Below are positions 18,701 to 27,303 of a stretch of 64,000 bases of DNA, piece by piece. Made by a program: the position numbers and the translations under genes. The stretch is from an uncultured Clostridia bacterium (GTDB lineage: Bacteria; Bacillota; Clostridia; Christensenellales; UBA1242). The stretch is taken from the NCBI GenBank assembly GCA_946491735.1, contig CAMLYK010000001.1, forward strand, positions 1,769 to 65,768. The letters are read 5' to 3'. The notes beneath the pieces are model-generated. The model had not been told where the DNA came from. It did not search any database and was given only the letters and a program-made list of their open reading frames with translations. Within the stretch, counting starts at the first letter, position 1, and the number at the start of each line of letters is the position of its first letter.

Positions 18701-19584
18701 GTCAGATGTTTCTTTTCAAGCAGAGAATAATCGTTATAAATAGAATTTGCAAGTGGAAATCTTCCTATGACACATGAATTGACAATTTTCAGCCCATCTA
18801 CAGCATTTGGTTCGGGAATATCTTCAAATTTGACAAATTTATTGTTGGCATCAAAATTATCTCTAATATCAAATTTGTAACCAAAATTGCTTAGATATTC
18901 AATGACATCTTTTACTGATTTTAATTTATAATCAATAAGATTATCAAACTCCATGATCATGCCGTCATTTTTCAACCTATACTCTTTGGCATAAGCGAGC
19001 ATCAAAACTTTGTTGAATTGAATCAATTCATCTGTTTTAGCCTCAATTGATACCGTACTATCATTTTCAACATTGATTATGACAGGAAACAAGATTAGTG
19101 GAGCTTTTACCACTATATCTTTGTTCAATACGCCGGTTACAAACGGATAACCAATAAATAATTCATATCTTCCGGTCTCTTTTGCAAACTCGTCAATTTC
19201 ACGTTTCAAACTGCGCAATGAATTGATCTGCGAAGCAATAATCCTTTTGCCTTCCTCTCGCCTTAAGCGTTCACGCCTTAAATTTTCTGCTTTCTTTTCA
19301 TCTTGATCCATTTCATCAACAGGCTTGAATTGCGGTTTGATTCTTGATTCGAGATTAAAGTTTTTAAACAACCTCTCCTTCATATTCTTGTTGATCAAAG
19401 AATAGCCTGTACGCTTTCCTTTCCATAGGAATGTAAAAAATTCTTGGAATTCATCTTTGTCATTTCCAATCACGGCACCTATATCATATGAATACTTCTT
19501 GCTTATATTTTTCGAATATAAACTTCTATTCTTTCCGCTAATTTCAATCAAACGTTCCTTGTAATATTTATAAATTGATCCCAT
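15772..19584 (-). CDS. DUF4011-type N-domain + SF1 (Upf1/DNA2-like) helicase + C-terminal DUF559/MTES_1575-type PD-(D/E)xK nuclease-like domain
   Basis: 1270 aa. N-domain block RYELFIGYPFVTGVL...APLILFPVII. Walker A GPPGTGKSQT, Walker B ILFDEASQV, then VVAGDSKQLRPT, VQGDERDIIIFS, RLNVAITRAK. C-terminus LGIECDYAAFKSSNSILERDVYRTKFLQSRGWTIMRVWSRDWW. Confidence 0.8.
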   Translation of the reverse strand: MGSIYKYYKERLIEISGKNRSLYSKNISKKYSYDIGAVIGNDKDEFQEFFTFLWKGKRTGYSLINKNMKERLFKNFNLESRIKPQFKPVDEMDQDEKKAENLRRERLRREEGKRIIASQINSLRSLKREIDEFAKETGRYELFIGYPFVTGVLNKDIVVKAPLILFPVIINVENDSTVSIEAKTDELIQFNKVLMLAYAKEYRLKNDGMIMEFDNLIDYKLKSVKDVIEYLSNFGYKFDIRDNFDANNKFVKFEDIPEPNAVDGLKIVNSCVIGRFPLANSIYNDYSLLEKKHLTSSAIRQLLEAKNNKKNKKYDERIYTINDLDYAQESAISKLNEYNNLVIYGPPGTGKSQTIVNIISDALCKNKKVLVVSQKKAALEVVFNRLNTLNSKCMFITDAEKNKVEFYERCAQMHQAVMNSTSTNISNLDFDRVEDAIDKEIGELQTITDAMFTKTPFGLSLQEMYTNSAKIGKNSYDYVLYKLMKKNKDLMAMNYSRLHSTLRIIKEKNKANLYYRYIELKKNNPLIDHIKPNVEIHTLNQMKVYLKEVIQKNIVPFDTAKHPHARQLLIYMLENDVDKIEDMQPLINMISSVENKKLHSNLRWSKILFPAYPFVKNKINKKEEEIKESFKSTLEDIQNYISEYSLLNKVLDRKGFLMTIDNLINGNSIFLKLLLNALNDYLEIRDVNISLLGLTDDERIILNFAYENAKNARQYKEILDKLMEIRIYHETIKYEELYKEKLSKIIDFENIRNRILSLKKDEKQISKEICLNKFKNEYIEFYNSNEENKNYLYQITKQQNLLPIRKMMDLYNEFLLKLFPCWLLSPESVSTIFPLKKEMFDIILFDEASQVFIENTLPTIYRGKSIVVAGDSKQLRPTATFVKRYMGNDSDDELDLATQAALEVESLLDLATSRFNSTNLTYHYRSKNEELINFSNYAFYDGKLQIAPNISKNIGSKPIERIKVNGHWLARKNEEEASAVVSLLKKLIKNKRNKSSIGIITFNTEQENAIEDAIDIECQKDSAFRDAYIREQNRKENNEDTSIFIKNLENVQGDERDIIIFSIGYARNEYGKVVAHFGSLSVEGGENRLNVAITRAKEKIYVVTSIEPEELIVEGSKNAGPKIFKNYLKYVRAISNKKYKEANFVLDSFKPSLPNSNLEVVNNSIENDIKNELIKLGYNVETNLGNTDYKLSLAIYDKSIDRYLLGIECDYAAFKSSNSILERDVYRTKFLQSRGWTIMRVWSRDWWMNKNKVVSNIVKAINEAKKKYVG

Positions 19585-19602
19585 AATACATCCCTTTATA
19601 AT

Positions 19603-19631
19603 ATTGTAGCAAAAAGTATCAAAATTTTCAA
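19603..19631 (-). promoter_or_regulatory. Sigma-70-type promoter of the helicase gene
   Basis: On the minus strand: TTGAAA (19631..19626), 17-nt spacer, TACAAT (19608..19603). About 20 nt upstream of the start codon. Confidence 0.55.
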
Positions 19632-19752
19632 CCTAAATAAGCCAACAAAAATGACATTTTAAAAATTAAAATTCAAACAAATGTTAATAAAAAAATAAAA
19701 AATATTAATTTTTTTAATTATTTTTTAATATTTTCTATTTATTTTTTGTATT

Positions 19753-20706
19753 TTAATTAAATTTTATTATTTTTGTTTTAGGTAGTGCAATCAAAACTAT
19801 TTCCGTGGCATAAATATTTCCGCCATAATATCTGAGATACAAATTATAATTTTCATTATATTTTAAAATCAGTTCAGGAATATCAATTAGATCTGTATTG
19901 TTGTGATATACAGAGATGAGTAGAATTGGACTATCAACATATATGTGCTCTTTCATTCCTTTTAAGGCTTTATATTCCCCACCTTCAATGTCCATTTTTA
20001 CTAAATCTATACTTTCATCAATATCCTCGTCTAAACTGATGCCTTTGACACGTATTTTACCATTATCACTTATTGCATTCGCCGATGATTCAACATTTTC
20101 ATCAAAATACAGTTCACAATTTTTATCTGTAACGGCTTTATCCCTTATTATGATATTAGAATAGTCTTTAAGATTTTCTTTCATTTTATTAATATTGATT
20201 TGGCTTATTTCATAACAATAAATTTTTTTATAAGCATCAATACCATAACTATCAATAAAATCCTTTGTGCTATCCCCAGTAAATGCACCGACATCGACAA
20301 AGACTAAATTTTTGAAGCTTGGCATCAAGTCCAAATCAAAATAGTGTCTATACATATTTTCCATCGAATTTTTCAAATGCTCAAAATCAAAATTATAAAA
20401 GTTGTTCAAAATTGAAAACAGAATATATTTAGATTTGTAATCTGATAGTTTTTCGTATAATTCAACATATTTGTCTTGATATAATTTGAAAACTTTGGCT
20501 TTATTTTTTAACATTTCATAATTGTCATTCATTATTTCCAGTTTGCCCCAATAATTAAATTGATTCAAAAATTGTTCAATTGATAATTGTGTAGTGAACG
20601 GGATTGTTCTAAATTTTGTAAACATATGAAAATAAATATCATTTTCATCTTTGCTTTTTATTTCATCAATAAGATTATAAAATAATTCATCTATATAATT
20701 TTTCAT
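19753..20706 (-). CDS. FkbM-family SAM-dependent methyltransferase
   Basis: 317 aa. VFVDVGAFTGDST SAM loop and VKMDIEGGEYKALKG motif. Flanked on both sides by extremely AT-rich 170-200 nt spacers. Confidence 0.7.
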   Translation of the reverse strand: MKNYIDELFYNLIDEIKSKDENDIYFHMFTKFRTIPFTTQLSIEQFLNQFNYWGKLEIMNDNYEMLKNKAKVFKLYQDKYVELYEKLSDYKSKYILFSILNNFYNFDFEHLKNSMENMYRHYFDLDLMPSFKNLVFVDVGAFTGDSTKDFIDSYGIDAYKKIYCYEISQININKMKENLKDYSNIIIRDKAVTDKNCELYFDENVESSANAISDNGKIRVKGISLDEDIDESIDLVKMDIEGGEYKALKGMKEHIYVDSPILLISVYHNNTDLIDIPELILKYNENYNLYLRYYGGNIYATEIVLIALPKTKIIKFN

Positions 20707-20906
20707 TTTTCTCCTGATAAAATTTAATTATATTGAATAATTAAAAATATGCTAATTTAATATATGACAGTTAAATTTAATTAGTTAAATATTAAAATTT
20801 TTATTTTTTATTAAAAAACAAAAAATAAATAAAAAATCGAATAATTTATTTATTTTTTCAATGTTTTTTATGTATTTTTAAAATTTTAATAAATTTTTTT
20901 ATTGAT

Positions 20907-21686
20907 TTACTTTACTGTATAATCATATTTGTTTTGATGAAAGCTAGCATTAGCTTTTGAAAATGAATATACATTTGCATATTTATCTTGCATCTCTTTT
21001 AATAGTCCCTCACAGCCAAAAGAATAATAATCATTTTCATTTAAAATCAAATGATCCAATAGACTTACTCCCATAATGGAACAGATATCAAAAATTTTTT
21101 GAGTGGTATCAATATCTTCCACACTTGGATAGGCTTTGCCGTTTGGATGAGTATGAAACAAAATTATCGCAGTTATCATTTTGCCCGTAATCATTTGAGC
21201 AAAATCTTTTAGTCCAATTTTAATATTTATATCATTCATACCTTCTATTTCGAATGTTTTTACTATTCGATTCAAACTATTCAACCCAATGACATACAAA
21301 TATTCCTTCGATTTCAATTCATAATTCTTTCTGAAATATTCCATGCAATCTTTAGGACAATTTAATCTAACTTCATTTACTTTGGATTTGTATTTTTTAA
21401 ATAAATCAAATACATCCGGCAAAATTGTGAGAAACAAAGCAGTTTCCTCTCCCACACCATTGACAGTCAAAAGATCGTTGTAATCTGCCTCAAGCACGTT
21501 TGAAAATCCATTATATTTATCTATAAGTTCATGTGCAAGTGCATTCGTATCTTTTTGCGGTATCGTATATGTCAACAACAATTCCAAAACTTCATGGATG
21601 CTAAGCGATTTTAATCCATACATCCTGACTTTATTTTTCAATCTTTGTCTGTGTCCCGCATGTTTGTGTGCATATTCTTTTTTCAT
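20907..21686 (-). CDS. radC: RadC-like JAB/MPN-domain protein (copy 1)
   Basis: 259 aa. N-terminus GHRQRLKNK...HEVLELLLTY. JAMM motif ILFHTHPNGKAYPSVEDI. Confidence 0.75.
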   Translation of the reverse strand: MKKEYAHKHAGHRQRLKNKVRMYGLKSLSIHEVLELLLTYTIPQKDTNALAHELIDKYNGFSNVLEADYNDLLTVNGVGEETALFLTILPDVFDLFKKYKSKVNEVRLNCPKDCMEYFRKNYELKSKEYLYVIGLNSLNRIVKTFEIEGMNDINIKIGLKDFAQMITGKMITAIILFHTHPNGKAYPSVEDIDTTQKIFDICSIMGVSLLDHLILNENDYYSFGCEGLLKEMQDKYANVYSFSKANASFHQNKYDYTVK

Positions 21687-21866
21687 AAATTTATACCATT
21701 TATTTTAGGTTAGCACAAATTATAAAAATTTCAAAATAATTTTAAAAATATATATTAAATTGATATAAAAATTTTTGCATTGTGATATAATATTTTATTA
21801 TATACAATATTAATATTGTATTTATATCAAATTGTATTTATATCAACTTGTAAAAAAGGAGAACTT

Positions 21867-23345
21867 ATGAAAAAATTTAGAGTATTTCTTTTGCTTATAA
21901 TCATGTTGCCTTGCATTCTTTTTTTCGGTGGTTGCTCTGAAGAAGTATATGTGCTTAGAATCGAAAAAACTGAAACTATTGGCAATGTGGATACTTATAC
22001 TATTTATTATTCAAATAATACAACATCCAATTTTACCATTGAGAATGGAACAGACGGAGAAGATGGCGAAGATTTGACGATTGAAGCTATATTCAATGCC
22101 TTAGTAGAACGTGGAGAATATCCTGATACAAGTAATGAATCTTTCAAGGCATTTTTGTCCGATTATTTGAATATCACATATGAAGAGGATAGTGTCAACA
22201 AAGCTGTGGTGAACGCCATGCCTTCTGTAGTAAACATTTATGCAGAACAGCCAGAACAGGTTACGGGAGGTTCATTCCCATATTTCACAGTAGAAAATGA
22301 ATCTCAAATTTATTGCGGATCTGGTGTTATATATCAAATGGATGACAATTACAGTTATATAATCACGAATTATCACGTAGTTTACTCCTCCACTTCAATA
22401 TTAGACAACAAGATATCACGAATGATCTATGCTTATCAGTATGGCAAAGATGTCGTGGTCACTGAAACTTCATCAAATGATGCCTATGATGCTCCTACTA
22501 AACAATTGGGTGGCGAAGGAATTGAATGTGAATATATCGGTGGATCTATGAATTATGATATAGCAGTTTTAAGAGTGTCTACTTCCGCTTTGAAAGAAAT
22601 CAATCCTGATGCAAAAGCTGTCACTGTAGCAGATGGTTATAGCTTAGCTGACACAGCCATTGCAATTGGAAATCCTGAAGGAGATGGCATAAGCGTAACA
22701 AGCGGGGTCATCTCTGTTGAAAGCGAATATTATACTATGGTGGGTGCGGATGAAGAAACTGTTATAACCTTCAGAGGCATTCGAATTGACACTGCAGTAA
22801 ACGGAGGCAACTCAGGCGGTGGATTATTCAATATCAAGGGCGAACTAATAGGAATCGTCAACTCAAAACTGGTGTACAGTTCAGATGGCACTCCTATTGA
22901 CAATATAGCGCACGCATTACCATATGATAATGTGGTAAAAGTGGCAGATAACATTATAGATAATTATAAAAAAAATTCAGCATCTGGAAATTCTGATCCA
23001 GTCAAAGTTACAAAACTTACATTAGGACTTTCTGCAACTACTGAAAATAGTCAAACAATATATGACTATATCTCTGGAGAGATCACCATCACTGAGGACA
23101 CAGTCGTTACGTCATTTAGTAGCAATTCTCTTGCTCAAAGCAGAGGTATGCAAGTAGGAGATATTATCACATCAGTTCAAATCAATGAAACTGAATATGA
23201 AATAACACGATATTTTCAACTAAACGACTTGATGCTTACTGTGCGTGAAAATGACCAAGTGATTATAAATATCTCACGAAATCACATCAGTCAATCTATT
23301 GTAATTGGAGAAATTAGTTCTAGTATGCTGACCACTGTTGAATAA
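21867..23345 (+). CDS. HtrA/DegP-like trypsin-fold serine protease lipoprotein with C-terminal PDZ-like region
   Basis: Start re-called to ATG 21867 (AAGGAG RBS). Signal peptide plus lipobox LFFGGC. Catalytic NYHVV, DIAVL and GNSGGGLF. Confidence 0.75.
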   Translation: MKKFRVFLLLIIMLPCILFFGGCSEEVYVLRIEKTETIGNVDTYTIYYSNNTTSNFTIENGTDGEDGEDLTIEAIFNALVERGEYPDTSNESFKAFLSDYLNITYEEDSVNKAVVNAMPSVVNIYAEQPEQVTGGSFPYFTVENESQIYCGSGVIYQMDDNYSYIITNYHVVYSSTSILDNKISRMIYAYQYGKDVVVTETSSNDAYDAPTKQLGGEGIECEYIGGSMNYDIAVLRVSTSALKEINPDAKAVTVADGYSLADTAIAIGNPEGDGISVTSGVISVESEYYTMVGADEETVITFRGIRIDTAVNGGNSGGGLFNIKGELIGIVNSKLVYSSDGTPIDNIAHALPYDNVVKVADNIIDNYKKNSASGNSDPVKVTKLTLGLSATTENSQTIYDYISGEITITEDTVVTSFSSNSLAQSRGMQVGDIITSVQINETEYEITRYFQLNDLMLTVRENDQVIINISRNHISQSIVIGEISSSMLTTVE

Positions 23346-23393
23346 AAAAATCCTAGCAATCGCTAGGATTTTTTGTTGAACCAAAATGAGTTG

Positions 23394-25082
23394 TTACATT
23401 TCTTGTAATGTATCAATACAGATAATTTTAAAACCTTGCTTTAGAGTTTTTCTTAGACACAAAAGAAGATTAATTTTTGCATTAATTTGCGATTCTTCAC
23501 CTTCCAAAACTTTAGTTGAACTATAAAATTTATTAAACGCTTTGCACAAATCCATAACTCTCTTTGCGACAAAACTTGGATCACGTTTTTCAAGAGAAGT
23601 CTTACAATCATCAATAAAATCATTTAACATTTTCACAATTTCAAATGCGGCTTCATTAAAACAAGAATAATCGCATTCAACAAATTTTGAACTTTCGTTG
23701 TTGGTATCTAAATATTTACGCAAAATACTCTCGATTCGCGTATATGTGTATTGCATGTATGGTGCAGTTTCTCCATCAAATGAAAATGCTTTTTCCACAT
23801 CGAACACACAATCTTTTCCTCTCTCTACTTTTAACACGCTATAATTTAATACTGCACGCGAAACTTTTTTAGCAACATCGTTTGGATTCTCAATTTCAAA
23901 TTTTCTATCTTTAATCACATCTTTTGCTTTATTCAAAACATAATCCATTAAATCGACCAACACTGCCTGCTTGCCTCGCCTAGAACTAATTTTACCATCA
24001 GGCAGGCTAAATCTTCCATACGGAACATGCTCTAACTTGTTTGCGTAATCCAAATGCATCAATTCTGCCACTTTGAACCATTGTTTAAAATGCAAAACTT
24101 GTTCAACAGCGGTTAAATAAATCATCTTGTCAAATTTATAATCTTTGTCCCTTACTATCGATGCAGACAGATCGCGTGAAGCATAAAGTGATGTCCCATC
24201 ACTTTTAAGCATGATCGCTGGAGGCATATCAAAAGCGGATAAATCCACAATCTTTGCACCTTGACTGGTAGTTAGCAATTTTAAAGCAGTCAATCTTTTT
24301 ATCAATTGAGGTACAAATTGATTGAAATACATCTCACCGCGGAAGTCATCAAAATTAATTCCCAGGATCTCAAATTTTTCTTTCGCATCAGCAAGCGAGA
24401 TTTTAACTATCTTTTCATAAATTGGATAAATTTCAGGATCTTTTTCTTCAATTTTTTTGAAAAGATCACGTGCCATTTGAGTATAACTTTCGTCTTTTTC
24501 TTCCAATTGATTGAATTTCACATAGTAATCTTGAAGTGCGTCATTACCACGTTTTTCAATGTCGTCGATATTCCCAAATAGTTTTATCCCTCCTATTATT
24601 TTACCAAAAGGAGTGCCATAATCTCCAACAAAATTTAGACGTTTCACATTGTAGCCAAACATTTCAAACAATCTGCACAAACTTTCACCTATAATCAATG
24701 TCTTTAGATGACCTATATGCAGATATTTAGCCAAATTTGGACTGCCATAATCAATGCAGACAACTTTTTTTTGATTATCAAACTTTTCCTTTCGATTAGT
24801 GATCTCATCTAATATCTCTTTAGACAATTTTTTTATATTTAAAAAGAAATTGATATACCCCTGCACGACTTCAACTTTTTCTATATAATCATTTTTATTT
24901 ATATTTGCAGCCAATTCAGTAGCAATTTGATTCGGACTTTTTCTAAGTATTTTTGACAAAGAAAAACAGGGAATACAATAATCCCCTTTGTCTGAAGAAA
25001 TCGATTCTGTTATCAGATCTTCGAAATTAATACCTTCGATTTTTGTCGGTATAGCCTCAGCAATTATTTTTTTTATATCCAT
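23394..25082 (-). CDS. argS: Arginine--tRNA ligase
   Basis: 562 aa. HIGH-type motif AKYLHIGHLKT. Typical class I ArgRS layout, ending ...TLQEM. Confidence 0.9.
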   Translation of the reverse strand: MDIKKIIAEAIPTKIEGINFEDLITESISSDKGDYCIPCFSLSKILRKSPNQIATELAANINKNDYIEKVEVVQGYINFFLNIKKLSKEILDEITNRKEKFDNQKKVVCIDYGSPNLAKYLHIGHLKTLIIGESLCRLFEMFGYNVKRLNFVGDYGTPFGKIIGGIKLFGNIDDIEKRGNDALQDYYVKFNQLEEKDESYTQMARDLFKKIEEKDPEIYPIYEKIVKISLADAKEKFEILGINFDDFRGEMYFNQFVPQLIKRLTALKLLTTSQGAKIVDLSAFDMPPAIMLKSDGTSLYASRDLSASIVRDKDYKFDKMIYLTAVEQVLHFKQWFKVAELMHLDYANKLEHVPYGRFSLPDGKISSRRGKQAVLVDLMDYVLNKAKDVIKDRKFEIENPNDVAKKVSRAVLNYSVLKVERGKDCVFDVEKAFSFDGETAPYMQYTYTRIESILRKYLDTNNESSKFVECDYSCFNEAAFEIVKMLNDFIDDCKTSLEKRDPSFVAKRVMDLCKAFNKFYSSTKVLEGEESQINAKINLLLCLRKTLKQGFKIICIDTLQEM

Positions 25083-25153
25083 AAAAAATATTTTAGCACA
25101 AAATTAATCATTTTGCAATAATTTTTATAAATGACCAAAAATTTAATCATTAC

Positions 25154-25741
25154 TTAATGATTTATTCCTGTATTTTTTACTGCTAAATATTTGTTTAAGA
25201 TTATGTCATTCAACTGTTTCCAATTATTTGCGAAGATCATATTTTTAAACTTTTCATCAAAAATAGCATCATTAAGACATATAACGTCAACACCTATGTT
25301 CATTGCATCTAGACAAATTAAAGGAGAATTGTCAATTAAAAGATCTATATTGAATCTTTCACAAAAAGATGCTTTGTTATTGCAATTCACAATCATAGCA
25401 CTGTATTTTAAATTCATTTTCAAAAAATATTGATGCAACGCATAATTTAATGATGAAAAATTTGGTCTACTAGAAAGAATATAAATCTCTATGCCTTTAT
25501 CATACCATGAATTCACGACATCAATAGCATTTGGAATTTGAAAATATGATTCAGGTTTACCCATTTTGCTAAATTTTGAAAGAAATTTTGAAATCAAACC
25601 ATCACTTCCTTCATTGCCGGTGAAGATGAGATTAAATTTCAAATTTTTTTCTGACGGTTTTGAAAAAAATTTATTGGCTACCCAATAAATAAATGAATCA
25701 CAATCTATCAATGTTTTGTCTAAATCTATAGCAATTTTCAT
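25154..25741 (-). CDS. HAD-superfamily hydrolase (nucleotidase-like)
   Basis: 195 aa. Motif I IAIDLDKTL. Later ILSSR and DLLIDNS blocks. Confidence 0.55.
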   Translation of the reverse strand: MKIAIDLDKTLIDCDSFIYWVANKFFSKPSEKNLKFNLIFTGNEGSDGLISKFLSKFSKMGKPESYFQIPNAIDVVNSWYDKGIEIYILSSRPNFSSLNYALHQYFLKMNLKYSAMIVNCNNKASFCERFNIDLLIDNSPLICLDAMNIGVDVICLNDAIFDEKFKNMIFANNWKQLNDIILNKYLAVKNTGINH

Positions 25742-25790
25742 AAACGACTAAGCTTTATGATAACACAAAAATCACAATATTACAAATAAA

Positions 25791-26150
25791 TTATAAATTA
25801 TATTTTTTCAACAACTCACTACAAGCATTCGTATAAGCTCTAACTAGACCTCCCGCACCAAGTTTAATTCCTCCAAAATATCTGACTACCGCCACCATTA
25901 CATTAACTAAATTTTTTTTCTTCAAAACATTCAATATTGGATAGCCAGCAGTTTTATTAGGTTCACCATCATCACTACATTTTTCACTGACGACTTCCCT
26001 ATTATATACATATGCGTAACAAATGTGTGTTGCTTTTTTGTGTTCTTTTTTTAAATTCGCCAAATTCGTTTTCACCTCATCTAAACTATTCAACGAGAAA
26101 AAATAAGCAATGAACTTTGATTTATTTATAATTAATTCAATGTTATCCAT
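25791..26150 (-). CDS. IMPACT/YigZ-family N-terminal-domain protein (UPF0029)
   Basis: 119 aa. DDGEPNKTAGYPIL and VVRYFGGIKLGAGGLVRAY. Confidence 0.7.
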   Translation of the reverse strand: MDNIELIINKSKFIAYFFSLNSLDEVKTNLANLKKEHKKATHICYAYVYNREVVSEKCSDDGEPNKTAGYPILNVLKKKNLVNVMVAVVRYFGGIKLGAGGLVRAYTNACSELLKKYNL

Positions 26151-26218
26151 AATTTTAGTGTAACAAAAATAGATTTAATTTCAAAACAAATATTAAATAA
26201 TACGAATAAAAAAAGCGA

Positions 26219-27139
26219 TTACTCGCTTTTTAACATATCTTTGATAATACCCATTCTGTCTACACAATATCCAACTGCCATAGCATTTGGTCCAGTGTGA
26301 CACACTATGAATAGTGGCAATGGATCGAATGAGAAGAATGGTAAGTCTGGAAAAGCTTTTGTAACTTCATCTTTGGAATCTTTTAATTCTTGAGCATTTA
26401 AATTCGGATTGCTATGTGCCATTCCGATATATACTTTTCCTTCTTTTGCTTCTTCAGGGAATTTTTCTTCTATCTCTTTTTTAGTAGCAGCAATCATCTT
26501 AGCACGTGCCTGTTTCATTGACATAACTTTAGCATACGCATCCAATTTTCCACCATGTATTTGAAGAATTGGCTTGATATTCAAAAGTGTTCCAATTGCT
26601 GCAGCTGCAGGGGTAACACGTCCGCCCTTTTTCAAATATCTGAGAGTATCAACCGCAATATAAACGCCACATTCACTTCTTGTTTTTTCAAGATATTCCT
26701 TGATCTCTTTGCCCGACTTGCCATGATCAATCATGTAGCTAGCTTCAAACATTGCCATTTTGTTCATATAAGCTACACGCTGATTGTTCACAACAAAAAC
26801 TTTACCCTCAAACTCATCAGTGTGACTGGCATTAATGGCAGTGTTACATGATTCACTCAATCCACTAGATAAAATTATGTAAACTAATTCATCATATTCT
26901 TTTAATACATTTCTCCATTCTTCTTTTATCATCTCTATGCTTGGTTGAGAAGTGCTTACATCCGTCTTTTTGTCTGCCAAAAATTTATAAAATTCTTCAT
27001 ACGACATATTTACATTTTCATAGTATTCTCCCCCATTGAAAATGAATGAAATAGGAATCATTTTTGTCACATGAATCTTTTCCATTTCCTCAGGGGTCAA
27101 ACTTCCTGAATTGTCTATTACAAGCGCAACTTTTTTCAT
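26219..27139 (-). CDS. DegV-family fatty-acid-binding protein
   Basis: 306 aa. VALVIDNSGSL start, TSQPS motif and LRYLKKGGRV motif. Confidence 0.8.
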   Translation of the reverse strand: MKKVALVIDNSGSLTPEEMEKIHVTKMIPISFIFNGGEYYENVNMSYEEFYKFLADKKTDVSTSQPSIEMIKEEWRNVLKEYDELVYIILSSGLSESCNTAINASHTDEFEGKVFVVNNQRVAYMNKMAMFEASYMIDHGKSGKEIKEYLEKTRSECGVYIAVDTLRYLKKGGRVTPAAAAIGTLLNIKPILQIHGGKLDAYAKVMSMKQARAKMIAATKKEIEEKFPEEAKEGKVYIGMAHSNPNLNAQELKDSKDEVTKAFPDLPFFSFDPLPLFIVCHTGPNAMAVGYCVDRMGIIKDMLKSE

Positions 27140-27267
27140 ACAATCTCCTTATACAAAAATAAACAAATGTTTATAATTGTATTATAATAAATCAAATAAA
27201 AATCTTCAACCAAATTAGCAAAAAAAATAATTTTTTATTTAAAATAATCAAAAACACTAGACAATAA

Positions 27268-27296
27268 TTGACAAAAGTGTTTATTTTTGATAAAAT
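27268..27296 (+). promoter_or_regulatory. Sigma-70-type promoter of the TetR gene (probably leaderless mRNA)
   Basis: TTGACA (27268..27273), 17-nt spacer, TAAAAT (27291..27296). ATG 27304 lies 7 nt after the -10 and has no SD. The -35 is embraced by the inverted repeat AAACACT (27252..27258) / AGTGTTT (27276..27282). Confidence 0.55.
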
Positions 27297-27303
27297 ATAT
27301 ATT

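Noticed and set aside
19674-19687. Second Cheo-like sequence (TTAACATTTGTTTG on the minus strand) between the FkbM gene and the helicase
   Set aside because: It has two mismatches in the GAAC/GTTC core and lies about 45 nt upstream of the helicase -35. In DNA this AT-rich it is likely a chance match.
20707-20906. Repeat-looking A/T blocks in the long spacers, considered as a possible CRISPR or tandem-repeat array
   Set aside because: There is no regular repeat-spacer periodicity and no conserved unit of 20 nt or more. It is simple A/T homopolymer-rich low-complexity sequence.
25083-25153. T-box leaders upstream of argS (and of metG, 43251..43288)
   Set aside because: The intergenic spaces are only about 70 and 38 nt. 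That is far too short for a T-box riboswitch, and no T-box consensus is visible.
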